A stretch of DNA of 64,000 bases, taken from Amoebidium appalachense. Lineage: Eukaryota > Protista > Ichthyosporea. How positions within the stretch are numbered: position 1 is the stretch's first letter; every line of letters starts with the position of its first letter. The stretch is taken from contig CAVNZM010000008.1 in NCBI GenBank assembly GCA_963693365.1, positions 124,001 through 188,000 of the forward strand, read 5' to 3'. The notes below the pieces were generated by a model. The model saw nothing but the letters and a program-made list of their open reading frames with translations, was not told the origin of the DNA and did not search any database. The position numbers and the translations under genes were made by a program. Below are positions 27,372-40,400 of the stretch, piece by piece.

Positions 27372-28083
27372 CTGCCCCTTGGCCGTTACTTGATGCCGCA
27401 CAAGCAACGTAGGGCCGAGCACAGCCAAAACATCATGTGCTGCAGTGGGGTGGGTTGTGGGCTCTCAGGGCACCCTGTGTTACGCATGTTGGCCAACGTC
27501 AATAAAACACGACAACAAACGTGCTTAAAACACCTGCTGGAGGGTTGGGGACAGGGGAGGGAGTAGGTCTAGCACATGCAGGTGTTTCTGCATTAACCAA
27601 CTTCCGTAGAGAGGAAGAATTGCAAAGGCAGGTGTTTGTGTGTGCATGCGTGTGTGTGTGTGTGCGTGTGCGGGTGGGTGCATGCGTGTATCAGCTCCCG
27701 GGGGGGGGGGGGGGGGGGGGGGGGCTCGCCAGGCAGTAGTCATATGTCACGTGCAAATGCTTGCATATGTGCACGTGCACGGACGTGATAGTTAAGGGCA
27801 GCATTTTGATTGGTATTGGCACTGCCCTTATTTGGTTGTGCATGTACTCGGTGCCTCTGGCCCGGTAGTCATGAAGGGGAAAAGGGGCTGCAGAGGTGGG
27901 AGGGGGAAAAGGGGGGGGGGGGGGGGGGGGAGGGGGAGGGGGGGAGGGGGGGGAGGGGGGGGGGATGCCTGGGGAAGAAGAGTACGGACAAAGGGATGAA
28001 GGAGTGAGTAGGAGAGAGGGGAGGGGGAACAGGGGAGGGGGAGACAGGCCTGGAGAAAGAAGAGTTGGGGAAGGAGGATTGAA

Positions 28084-28131
<48 letters not shown>

Positions 28132-28962
28132 AAAAGAGCAAAAGGAGACATATTGGTAAGTGGGTATGAATGCACTGAGAAGGAGAAGAGGGAATGGAGT
28201 ATGTTTGGAGGCTGAGCCTGGCGAACAAAAGGGTTAGAATGTCGAGGCAGAGAGGGGAAGGGGGAGAGGGAGGGTAAGGCGGGACGAGGAGAGGAAACAG
28301 AGGGAGTTTGATGAGTGGGTGTGATTATCCTTGGGTGGAGGGAAACGAGGAGTGGAGCGGGGAGAGGAAGGAAGAGGGGGAGGGGGACGGGGAGGGGGGG
28401 GCGAGGGCGGAAGGGGGAAGAGGAAGAGGGAATTGGGATAGGGTAGGGGAGAGAGAGACGGAGGGAGAGGAGGGAGGGGGAGAAAGAGGGACGGGAAGCG
28501 GGGGGACCCGGGAAGGTCTTAGGGAAGAGGAGGGGGGCAGGTGGGGCGGCGGGGGGGTGGGAGGGGGAGAGGGGGGTGCCCGGGGGGGGGAGGGGCGGAG
28601 GGGGGGGGGGGAAGGGGGGGGGGGGGGGGGGGGGGGGAGAATGAAAGGGAGGGGAAGGGGGACGGGGAACGAGAGACGGCCGCGGGGAGGGGAAGTGGCA
28701 TGGACGGAGAGGGGGGAGGGGAAGGGGGAGTATTGGGGGGGGAGAGGGAGGGGAGCAGAGAAGGGGCATGGAGAGAGAGGGGGGGCATTGGGGGGGGGAG
28801 GGGGGGGGGGAAGCGGAGAATGGGGGGGAGAGGGCGGTGGGATGGGATTTTTGTTTTGAACACGAATTGCCTAAAAAAAGAAGAAATAGCGGACAAGTAG
28901 GAGCACGTACGGTTTTTCGGCAACCAGCAGCTTTCTCCCCAGGCTCGTCACGGTAGTCCCAC
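27372..28962 (-). CDS. Candidate exons of an unknown gene (28911-28962, 27848-27887, 27372-27439)
   Basis: Three non-repetitive islands with cag| acceptors and GTACGT/GTACAT/GTGAGT donors join in frame: WDYRDEPGEKAAGCRKT-PLFPFMTTGPEAPT-HDVLAVLGPTLLVRHQVTAKGQ. Start and stop not established. Confidence 0.35.
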
Positions 28963-29886
28963 CTGTGTGACACTAGGTATACCCCAGGTTTCTGGTACCG
29001 TATCCAAAAAATACTGGTTCACCACAAGCACAACTCAAAAACAAAAGAGATAGTAAGAGCTATCTTGTACTACACATACATAGTTTTGATCCTAACAGTA
29101 ACAAGATAAAGATCAGCTAGTTTGTCTTCTATTTTTTTTTTCCTTTTTATTTTGGTATCTACTATGTACGGTAGCTACTGACGTGAGATGCACAGACACA
29201 CTGTAGTTGTATTCATCTTTGGCCTTGCCCTCCTCTCCGGCATCCTTTCCACGAACTCGACCTGCCCATGCCCAGTCACGTGCTGCTTCCCACGTGCACC
29301 ACCCCCGACCCCTCTCAAGCACACCATCACCACAACCACCATCATCAACCTCCTGCCCCCCCCCAAAAAAAAAAAAACACACACACACAAACACCTCCCC
29401 TACCTCCCCCACCACCACTGCCCCCCCCCCCCCCCTCTCTCCCCCCCCTCCCACAAAAAAGAAAGAAAGAAAGAAAGAAGGAAAAAAAGGGAAAAAATGA
29501 CGGAAAAGAAAGAAAAGTAACACAGTATTCTATGCTATGATTCTTCAGCGCTTTTTCGCTCTCACTTTCTCCCCCCCCCCCCACTCCCCCCCCCCCCCCC
29601 CCCCCCCCTCCCCCCTCTTTCCCACCTCCTCTCCCCACCCCACCCCTCCCATTACTTTACTTCCTCATCACCCCAACCTTTCCCTCTCCCTCCCCCTCTG
29701 GCCTGGGCTGACGACAACTGCTATCATCGGGCAAACTACCCCCCCTCCCCCTACCGCCACACCCACACCCACACATTCATGTTAGGTCCTCCCCAAACCC
29801 AACATACCCATTTTTAACCCCACCAAATCAAGCAAGCATTATAATATCTACTGATCACCATGATCCCCCATGCGCATGCACCAATC

Positions 29887-29979
<93 letters not shown>

Positions 29980-30026
29980 TTTATATGCATGTATGTCTGT
30001 GTGTCTGTCTGTGTGCGTGTGTGCGT

Positions 30027-30058
<32 letters not shown>

Positions 30059-30140
30059 ATTCTTGCGTTTGTGTCTGTCTGTGCGCACGTGTGTGCGTGT
30101 GTGCCTATGTGTGTGTGTTTGTGTTTTTGTGTGTGTATGT

Positions 30141-30193
<53 letters not shown>

Positions 30194-30834
30194 GGTGGGT
30201 GGGTGGGTTTGTGTGAGAAGACACGAACATACATACCTGGCTCGTGTGAATATGTGTGTGTGTGTGTGTGTGCGTGTGTGTGTGCTTTGCTTATGTGTAA
30301 GAGCGTGTATGCACACTGTGTGACTATGTGCCTGCGTGTAAGCGTGCGTGCAGGTAAGGTTGTGTGTGTACGTACGTACTCCTTGTTCCATGTGTACCCG
30401 TTTACTCGGTTTCTGTGTCTAGCTAGACCTACGACGTAATACGCGGGTTGTACCGGGACTTTTATTCTAATTATGGTATGCCTCAGGCACACTAAACGCA
30501 AGTGCAGGAAGACTCGGAGAAAGGGAGGCAGCTCATTCACCTGAGAATGTAGGGTTCGCTGAGTTCGTTCACAACTGTAATCAGGAGATCCAGAAATGCA
30601 AGCTCACAGAAGGAAAAGGGGTGAGAGCCGAGCCCCCGAAAAAAGAGACGGTGTGCATGTATAACTTACACAGGGGCGGTTGCAGACCGCTCTGCCTGAA
30701 ATTTTGACTGTGTGTTTGTGTGTGCACGAAGCAGAAACCGTTCAGACCGTACACGCTTGTGCAGACAAACACGTGACGGCCCACTGGTCCAGTGCTGGCC
30801 CGCTGGCCAGTGGGGTGGCTCTAGACCGGTTGCG

Positions 30835-30955
30835 TGGTATGCAAAGACACAGAATGTGCGCATTTGATTGGTGGCTAGTCAGGCAAGGGCCGCAAGGCAG
30901 GAAAGACCTTCCAAAAATGGTAAGTTTTGGTGTGAGTGACTGCTTGCTGACGTCA
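30835..30955 (+). promoter_or_regulatory. ~115-bp element with ATTGG (CCAAT) box, CCAAAAATGG core and TGACGTCA; homologous to 53255-53365(-)
   Basis: Shared blocks tggtatgca, catttgattggtg, gtcag and ccttccaaaaatgg(t/c)aagtt(t/g)tggtg (24/26 identical), followed by tgacgtca. Confidence 0.6.
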
Positions 30956-31845
30956 AATTAAAGCGTTATAAATATTCAGTGCATAGCATAACTCAAAATA
31001 TGAGAAAACACCACAATACATAATGTAAGTTTTTTTCTTTTGACTGGATTTATTCAACGGAAAGATATGCAAGTATGCACGGCATACGGAGAAGACAATA
31101 AAAACTTCACGAGTTATCCAGTAACAAGTGCATACTGAGATACCTGAACACTGTGTGAAAATCATATAAATACTCAATGTGAAGTTACAACGAGGCATCG
31201 ACATAGTCGACACGCCCCAGGCTCTGGGGTGAAAATTGGTGAACCTGGTGAAAATTCAGCGAAATGCACCTGGCCATGTCTCCTGGCCATTACTTCTGCC
31301 AAAGCAGACAAAAAAATATGTATAGTATAAAAACACACGATTTATAATGATATTAGATAAGCGGCGAGGTAATATAACAGTTCTAACTTCATGGTTGAGG
31401 AAAGAAGGTTTACCGCGCTCAAGAAGGAACGCCACTTTAAATGAGGTATGTGGTTCAGCCAATCAAAATAACGCACAAGAACTCCACTGTTGCAACTTTC
31501 GGACTGCAAGGACTCGGCGCCGCCGGCTTTCGTTGACCGTGCATGACACACAACCACCACTGGAGAGGAAGTGACGTGAGTGTTAGCTGTTGCCTCAGAC
31601 ATACTGACAGAGCGTTAGATGAAAGCCCGCTGGCTCGCTGTTTGGCACTTCGGAAAGGGCAGGCAGAGGGCGGCGTTGTCTCCACTCACGCTATAGCATT
31701 GGTAACCATCACCTTATCACCAAATCGGATCATACAGACACCTGTTCTGCTCTCTTGTTACAGTCTTCAAAACACCGCCTACACACACTGCAGCACAGGC
31801 ATACGTGCTGCCCGCCTCTTCCCCTCGCACTTGCGGGGCAGCAGC

Positions 31846-34759
31846 ATGCACAGGGACCACTGTTCCTCGCTACACAACGCGCCTTCCCCCCGTCCGGGCC
31901 GGGCGCGCAGCCCGTCACCATCGCGTCAGGCCAGCAAGACCCCTGCCCCTGTGGACACAGGCATGTTGACGCCACACGTAACCCCGCCCGCCATGGACGG
32001 CGACTTTGTAGACGTCAGCCTGTCGTTAGACCAGCGTGTGGCGGTTGCAGCCAAGGCCGAGCAGCACGATGAGAACCGGCGGCCTAAGCGCAAACCCACG
32101 GACCGGGTCAAGGACAAGATACGCAGCACCCTGCGGCCCAGGCGCCACACAGACGCGGTGCGCGCAGTGAGTACGGACGCACTGCCAACACGGACGCCCC
32201 TGCAGACGTCTTCGCAGTCCGAGCTGGGCGCGCACGACTACGATTTTGCAGCCGACGACGAGCCACCAGTGCTGGACGCCTGCGTGCTGCTGGCCGTGTG
32301 GATGGGCCAGGCCCAGCTGCCCACGGCCCTGGGCAGGCTGGTGACGCTTTGCAGTGACGAGGGCTACGAGTGCCGCGCAGTCATGCCCACGTCAGTGCCG
32401 CCCCCACCCAGCAGCACACGGGCCGGCAGCAAGAAGCACGACCCGAAGATACTGAGCGAGGTCGAGTGGGCCGACCTGCAGGCCGAGCTCACACAGCTGA
32501 GAGAAAAGGCAGAGGCCACAGAGGCAAAGGCCAACGCCAGCAAGGCACAGGTACGTGCGAGGGGGGGGGGAAGGGGGAGGGGGGGGGGGGGGGGGGTAGT
32601 TTGCTTGTTGTGGCCCAATTTCAAACAGGCGGTTGAAGCAAATAACAAAGACGTGCCTGAAAGCTAGGCTGGGCGGGTGCACAGGCACGCACGTGGGCTG
32701 AACCATACGGACACATCCACGTGCCTGCACCATAACACACACAGACACAGGCATGTATCACACACAGACACAGCTATGTGCGTGCACGATCACAGACACA
32801 GCCATGTGCATGCACCGTTACACAGCCATGGGCTTGCAGTATAACAAAGCACAGACACTGCCTTTTGCCTGCACCATCACACACAGGCACAGCCACAGAC
32901 ACAGCCATGTGCGTGCACCATCACACATAGACACAACCATGTACTTGCACCATAACACACACAAACACAGCCATGCACATGCACACCACACACAAATGGT
33001 CTGGCCACATGCTTGCACCAATTTACACAAAACACAAAGGCTGGCGTGCACAGCCAATCACCTGAACCTTGACATACACAGACAACGGTGCACAGCCACA
33101 TCATCTACTGTAACACACCAATGCTTGAACAGCCTGACGGTCAAGCGTATGCAGCATGACACACAAGATATATATGCTCAGCCATACTCAGGCATAAATG
33201 CAAACGATTCAAAACACACGAGGGATAGGTGAACAGCCACAGGCTGTGTTTTTAGATACACCGTGACATGAGCGCACTTAATACGCCGTCAGGCACAGGC
33301 ACACAGGGACTAGCAGAGACTTAGTCTTGTGTTCGGACCAGCAGACGGGCGTACGTGTGTACCGCAAATAGACTTGCACACATGATCAAACCTGGTCAGC
33401 TTCCGGGGTCTCTTTGCTTAAACAGGCCAAGCAGAATACAGGCAGGCTGAGAAAAACGGAGAGCTTAAAATTGAACACTGCAACAGCATGTGCATGCCCT
33501 GCAGGCTGGCCTAGTGCCTTATACGAAGGATATGGAGGCAACACCTTTGACTGCATACACAGCAGTACTAACAGGCGGCCACAGCTTGCACAGCAGAAGG
33601 AGCGGCTGCGCTACCTGGAGGAGGAGCGGCTGGTGCTGCTGGAGCGTGTGCAGGTGCTTGCCGAGGGCCAGCGCAGTGCCGGCATGGACTGGGACGGCAG
33701 CGACGACGAGCACGAGTACGACGACAACTTCTGGGACGAAACCCGCCGCCAGCCCCGCCCCCAACAGCCCCGCCGCTTTGTGTGCCCCGACGACCTGGCC
33801 GGCGACATCGAGAGGGAGGTGGGCGCCCGGCTGGCCGGCAGCAACGACCAGGTGGCGGCGGCCGGGGAGGCCGGGGTGGTGCTGCCCACGGCCATTGTGG
33901 CCATGAGGCGCGAGTGGGAGGCCGAGCGCAGCAGCATGCAGGCGCAGATCCAGCAGCTTGGCGGCCTGCAGGGCGAGCTGCAGGAGCGCACGGAGCAGCT
34001 GCTGGTGCTGGGCCAGGAGCTGGAGCGGCTGCAGGACGAGCTGATGGCGCTGCGCAACGACAGCGAGGCCATGGCCCTGGCCGCAGACGCTGAAAGGGTC
34101 GGCTGGCAGGCCAGGGAGCAGGCCCTCAAGACCGCAAACTACCAGCTCACGTGCGAGCTGGAGGCCGCAGCAGACGACACGGAGGCACTGCGGGCAGAGC
34201 TGCAGCGGGCACGGGAGCAGATCGAGGAGGGCCAGGCGGCGCTGGCCAAGGAGCAGGAGGAGAGGGAGAGCGACAACATCTTCATCTACACGGCACTGGA
34301 GAAGGACATGAACAACCTCAGGGCCGAGGTCCAGGTGCGTGTGTGCTGCACTTGGGCTGCCCTGCTGGTGTTGGCCGTGGTTGTGGGGCTACGGGGGAAG
34401 GGGGAGGGGGGAGGGGGGCACAATGGGGTCAGGGATAGGGGTGGTAAAGGGGGGGATGTAGGTGGACATTTGTATGCTTGGCACGTACGGCTGCTGACGG
34501 GGCACGTGCAGGGGCTCAAGGCCGAGGTCAAGGTGCTGCAGCAGCAGCGCAGCGCCCTGGAGGGCACCAACGTGGAGCTGTACCGCTCCCTGCAGGACAC
34601 ACAGGCACGCTGGCGCGGCGAGTTTGAGCGCACACACGCAGCACACAGGGAGCAGCTGGACGCCCTCCAGGCCGTGCTCAAGGTATGTGTATTCTTGTGT
34701 TGTTGTTTTTCTTTTGTTTTTTTTTTTGGTGGTGGTGGTGGTGGGGGGGGGGGGGGGGG

Positions 34760-34790
<31 letters not shown>

Positions 34791-35488
34791 CTGATCGCAG
34801 CCGTGTGTTGGTTTGCACAGACATGGATTGCCGGGTGCTTGGAATGGCATGTGCAGCCCCACAGACTCTGATTTCCACTCCCCCCTCCCCCCCCAAGACA
34901 CGCAGTGCGCTGTGCGACACCCTGTGCCAGAAGGTGGCCGAGCTGGAGGCCGAGGTGGGGGAGTTGAGGCACAGCAACGAGCAGCTGCAGGAGGAATGCG
35001 AACAGCAGCGCAGAGAGGCCGAGTGCCTGGGTGAGGAGGCCCAGGGCTACGGGGACAGGCTGGAGGGCATCCGCAGAGAGAGGGACCAGGCCCTGGAGAG
35101 GCTGGCCCAGGCCGAGGCCAAGGAGCGACGGGCCAGCCAGGGCCAGGAGGTCATGCGCAGGGAGATCGAGAGCCTGCGCCGCAGCATGGGCATAGCCCAG
35201 ATGCTCGAGCAGCAGCAGCAGCAGCAGCAGGCCCCCGACCCACCAAAGCCCAGCCCCAGCGCAGCCCCCCACCTGCTGCCCCTGCTGCAGAGCCACACCA
35301 CCCCCCTGTGGGAGGAAGACTCGGCAGAAGACGACGAGCCCTCCCCCCCCCCGATCAAGGGGCCAGCACGCACGCACAGCCTCACGGCCCTGCCATTGGA
35401 GGAGGAGGACATGGCGCCAAAGAAGGAGCTCAAGAGGTACCACAGTGTGTTTGGGTTTCCTAGGACCAAGGCCGTCGGGTCAAGCTAG
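31846..35488 (+). CDS. Long coiled-coil protein, 4 exons (31846-32550, 33585-34334, 34512-34682, 34898-35488), ~738 aa
   Basis: All-phase-0 GT-AG junctions with branch points TACTAAC (33566) and CTGAC (34494). E/Q/R/L-rich heptads flanked by disordered Pro/Ser-rich termini. The start codon choice is tentative. Confidence 0.82.
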
Positions 35489-36618
35489 TAGTAGATGGGT
35501 ACGAATGCGCACGCAGAGCAGAGTATCTAGTGTATGAACGGTAGTTTTAGGTTAGCCCTTGAATATTGATAAGATTGCACTGAACCAAATTTCATGGTTC
35601 TGGAAAATAATTTCTGAAATTCAAGTTCTGGGTGCATGCGGTTGCAGTGCTGCTGTACATAGGTGACGGGCAGACCAATCATCTGCCGGCATGATTGGGT
35701 GTGGCATGTGGCCCCTCTGAGGCTGCTGGACCCACAGGCTAGCCCCCTCAATAAGACATGAAGTCCTCAATGCAGGTGTCCTTACCACGTGTGTGTATCG
35801 CACATCTTTCCATTACCCCCCCTCCCCTCGCCTCCCCGCCTCCCCCTCCCCATTCGGCTCCACAGACCCACATCAAGGCACAACATAAGCACATCAGCTT
35901 TGAGCCCGGCCCAGTAACACTCACCCTCCCCCCCCCCCCCCCCCCCCCTTTCGGCACCCATGCATCCACAAGACCTTCACACACCCCACGTGCACACCGG
36001 TCAGCATCCACCTGAGTTGAAATCCAACCGTGAAGCCTATGTGCTGGCTAGCCGGTGTTGGCTAGGCCAATCATCCAATCATACTTGTCGCTGCCACCGA
36101 ACACAAAAGCACTAATGTTCTTACTTTCAAAGTTCAGTGTCTTGCTCTATGCTGCCGTCTCGGGTGGGTACCGGCCCCACTGATCGGTCTGATCTGGGCA
36201 GACATATTTGCTCTTGGGAACTAGAAATCTAGTAACGCTTAATAGTATGAAGCATGTGGGTAACCTCTTACAGTAAGTTGGTAAACCATGCACGTGTATG
36301 TGACCTAGCACGTTCGGTGCTTTCAGCCATGTGTGTACGTGTGCATATACCAAAAGTAGGCATTTATCATTCGCGAAAGCATATCACACAACCTGTGTTT
36401 GCTAATATAGCTCGGTATCATTTTCATTGTTCATTATTCAACCATATTACTTGCATGCTAATAACATTAGATAAGTCAGAAACTGCACATGTGCCATCCC
36501 CCCTCCCCCCCCTCCTCCCCCCCCCCCCCCCCCTCCCCCTCCCCCCCCCCCCCCTCCAGCTCCCTGCCTTGGCCCACAGAACTCCAACCAGCCCCGCATT
36601 CATGCCTTCAAGTGCCCG

Positions 36619-37185
36619 TCATGTGTCCGAGTGTCTGGCCCGCAGCAGACGCAAGCTGCCCATCGTCACCGGTCGTGGCCGTTGCTCGGTGGCCGTGGTG
36701 GTGCTGAACACAACTAGGGGGGGTGCCTTGCTGCTGTCTGTGGATATGTAAATTTGCAGGGTGAGATATATGTGCATGCTGCCAGTGTCTGTGGATATGC
36801 AAATGTGCAGCGTGCGATAAATGTGCGTGCTGCTGCCTGTGGATATGCAACTGTGCAGGGTGAGATATATGTGCATGGTGCTGTCTGTGGATATGCAAAT
36901 GTGCAGGGTGAGATATATGTGCATGGTGCTGTCTGTGGATATGCAAATGTGCAGGGTGAGATATGTGCATGGTGCTGTCTGTGGATATGCAAATGTGCAG
37001 GGTGAGATATATGTGCATGGTGCTGTCTGTGGATATGCAAATGTGCAGGGTGAGATATATGTGCATGGTGCTGTCTGTGGGTATGCAAATTTGCAGGAAA
37101 AGATATATGTGCATGCACTGAGTTAGGCAGGCAGTGACCAAAAAGGCACAGGCAGGCATCAAAGGTAGCATGCACTGTGCTGAGC

Positions 37186-37227
<42 letters not shown>

Positions 37228-37401
37228 ATGCGTGCGCACGTGCTTGTGGTGCGTGCGTGTGTGCGTGCGGGCGGGCGGACAGGCGGGCGTGTGTGTGCAT
37301 GCGTGTACTGTAACATGTGCGCGTGCGCGCATGCCACGTGATATTGCAGGATGTGTGCCAAGGGGTGTGTCAGTGCGCGCAACCTCCTTTTATGTGTGCT
37401 A

Positions 37402-37443
<42 letters not shown>

Positions 37444-40400
37444 CGGGGGGAGGGGGGGGGGGGGGGGGGGGGCTGTTGGAGGGGGAGGGGGATGAGGGAA
37501 GCATGCATGTGGGTATGTGTAAGCGAAGTGTTACAGTACATGCTCTGCACGGCATGGGTGCATCACGGTGTGCATGTGTTCATGTGAACTTCAGTGGTTC
37601 CATGCACACAGGTATGCATGGGCATGTCCGTGTTAGTGTCACGTTTGCCTTTCAGCCTGCGTGCCTGTGTGAATGTGGGCCTCTGCACTCGTTCAAGTGT
37701 GATACGCAAACGTGCCTGTGTGAGGCTGTGTGAATGGGCATGTGTCTGTGTGCCTACGCACATGTGCCTGTGTGCCTGTGCACACGTGCCGGTGCCTGTG
37801 TGTTTGAGCCTACCGTCTGTGCCGTGGGGCAGCAACCTGATCTTGCCTGTGTGCAGCAGCAGCAGGTCGTCAGCAGCCATGGCATCGCGCCTGCGGGGCA
37901 GCACGTCCACAGCCACCGTGTGCAGCGTGGGGTCGGACGTGGCCTTGTGCGCCAGCCTGGGGGCCCCCTCAGCCAGAGGGGGCAGGCCGGCAGCAGCGGC
38001 AGGGCTGGGGTGTGCCGATGTGGCCGTGGGGGTGGGCTGCTGGGCTGGGCGCTGGGTGCGGGGGGGACTGGGGGCACCCTGGAAGGTCACCCGCAGGGTA
38101 GGACTGGTCCTGCTGCTGGCGGGGTCTGGGGGGCCGTGGTGAGGGGGGGTTGCAGGATGATGGGGTGTGCTGGCACAATCATGGACGGTAGGTTGGGGGA
38201 GGGAGCAGGGGGGGGAGGGGGGGGGGGGGGGGTGCATGCCTTATGATGTCACGATTGGATGTGCAAAGCACATAGGCAGGACCAGGCAGAATAGCAAAAC
38301 GGGTAGGGAGAAGGTCGGACCAATTGGCATAGAGCTTCCACAAAAACAATAACCGTAAACATGAACATCTCTAGGCACACAACTACATAACTGTGTTCCA
38401 CTTTGCATGCCGTAAGCAATGTGTGACTGACTATGTGCCTCACTTGGTGTGTTTTGTTCATGCATGTATGTTTGCACAGCTCTGATTTGTCTTTGGGAGC
38501 ACATGTGTGGCTGGGGTGTGGCCACATACTGGGTAGGGAGTCAGCAGAGGGGGTCTTTGAGCGCCAGGGGGCCCACTGTGGCTTCAGGGTGGTGGGGGAG
38601 TCGGGCTCGGGCATCTGCAGGGGGGTCGGGGAGGGTTGGCCCAGCTGGTCCCTGCTGGCAAAGACCACGCCCAGCTGGCGCTCGACCTGGGCCTGCAGGC
38701 GGCTGTGGTAGTGGGCCGTGCGGTGCTGGCTGAACGACACACTGTGGCTCACAAACTTGCTGGGCTCTACATCCGGCGCTGTGCATGCGTGTCAGTACCA
38801 CCCCTGTAACACCCGCAATGCAGTGGATGCAGCACCCACTGGGCCCAGCACACCATGCAGCACCCACTAGGCCCAGCACACCATGCAGCACCCACTAGGC
38901 CCAGCACACCATGCAGCACCCACTAGGCCCAGCACACCATGCAGCACCCACTAGGCCCAGCACACCATGCAGCACCCACTAGGCCCAGCACACCATATAG
39001 CACCCACTAGGCCCAGCACACCATGCAGCACCCACTAGGCCCAGCACACCATGCAGCACCCACTAGGCCCAGCACACCATATACCACCCACTAGGCCCAC
39101 CCCACTAGGCCCAGCACACCATATAGCACCCACTAGGCCCAGCACACCATATAGCACCCACTAGGCCCACCCCACTAGGCCCAGCACACCATATAGCACC
39201 CACTAGGCCCAGCACACCATATAGGACCCACTAGGCCCACCCCACTAGGCCCAGCACACCATGCAGCACCCACTAGGCCCAGCACACCATATAGCACCCA
39301 CTAGGCCCAGCACACCATATAGCACCCACTAGGCCCAGCACACCATATAGCACCCACTAGGCACACCATATAGCACCCACTAGGCCCAGCACACCTTATA
39401 GCACCCACTAGGCCCAGCACACCATATAGCACCCAATAGGCCCAGCACACCATATAGCACCCACTAGGCCCAGCACACCATGCAGCACCCACTAGGCCCA
39501 GCACACCATGCAGCACCCACACCCGTCAATCCCACCCCATCTCGGCCCATACCACCCTCCCTCTCCTGCCCCTCATGGCAACCACCAAGTGAGACCACAA
39601 TTGCCTCCCTCCCCCCCCCCCTCCCGCCCCCGCCCGCCCCGCCCGCCCCCTCCCCCTCCCTGCACACACGCACGCGCGAGAGCGCACACGCACACCATCC
39701 CCCCCTCTCTCCCCGCGCACACACTGGTACACACCCGTGCACGTGAGCTCCAACACTTTATTCACACCCATCCATCCCCCCCGTGCCCTCGCCCCTAACC
39801 CCTCTGCACACCCCCCTCCAGGCACACCTTTCTGCAGGGCCCATACGGTGCCGTCGTCAAACAGCAGCAGGCTGGGGCCAAAGTGGTGGTACATGCCCGG
39901 GGGCAGGGTGCGCACCACATCGTGGTAGTTGGCCACCCGCAGCACCTCCGGCAGCTGCCCCTCCAGCACCTGCCCATGCACATCAGCACCCACCAGGCCC
40001 AGCACACCATATAGCACCCACCAATATTAGGCCCAGCACACCATATAGCACCCACTAGGCCCAGCACACCATGCAGCACCCACTAGGCCCAGCACACCAT
40101 GCAGCACCCACTAGGCCCAGCACACCATATAGCACCCACTAGGCCCAGCACACCATGCAGCACCCACTAGGCCCAGCACACCATATAGCACCCACTAGGC
40201 CCAGCACATCATATAGCACCCACTAGGCCCAGCACACCATATAGCACCCACTAGGCCCACCCCACTGGGCCTCACCCCACTAGGCCCAGCACACCATATA
40301 GCACCCACTAGGCCCAGCACACCATATAGCACCCACTAGGCCCAGCACACCATATAGCACCCACTAGGCCCAGCACACCATATAGCACCCACTAGGCCCA

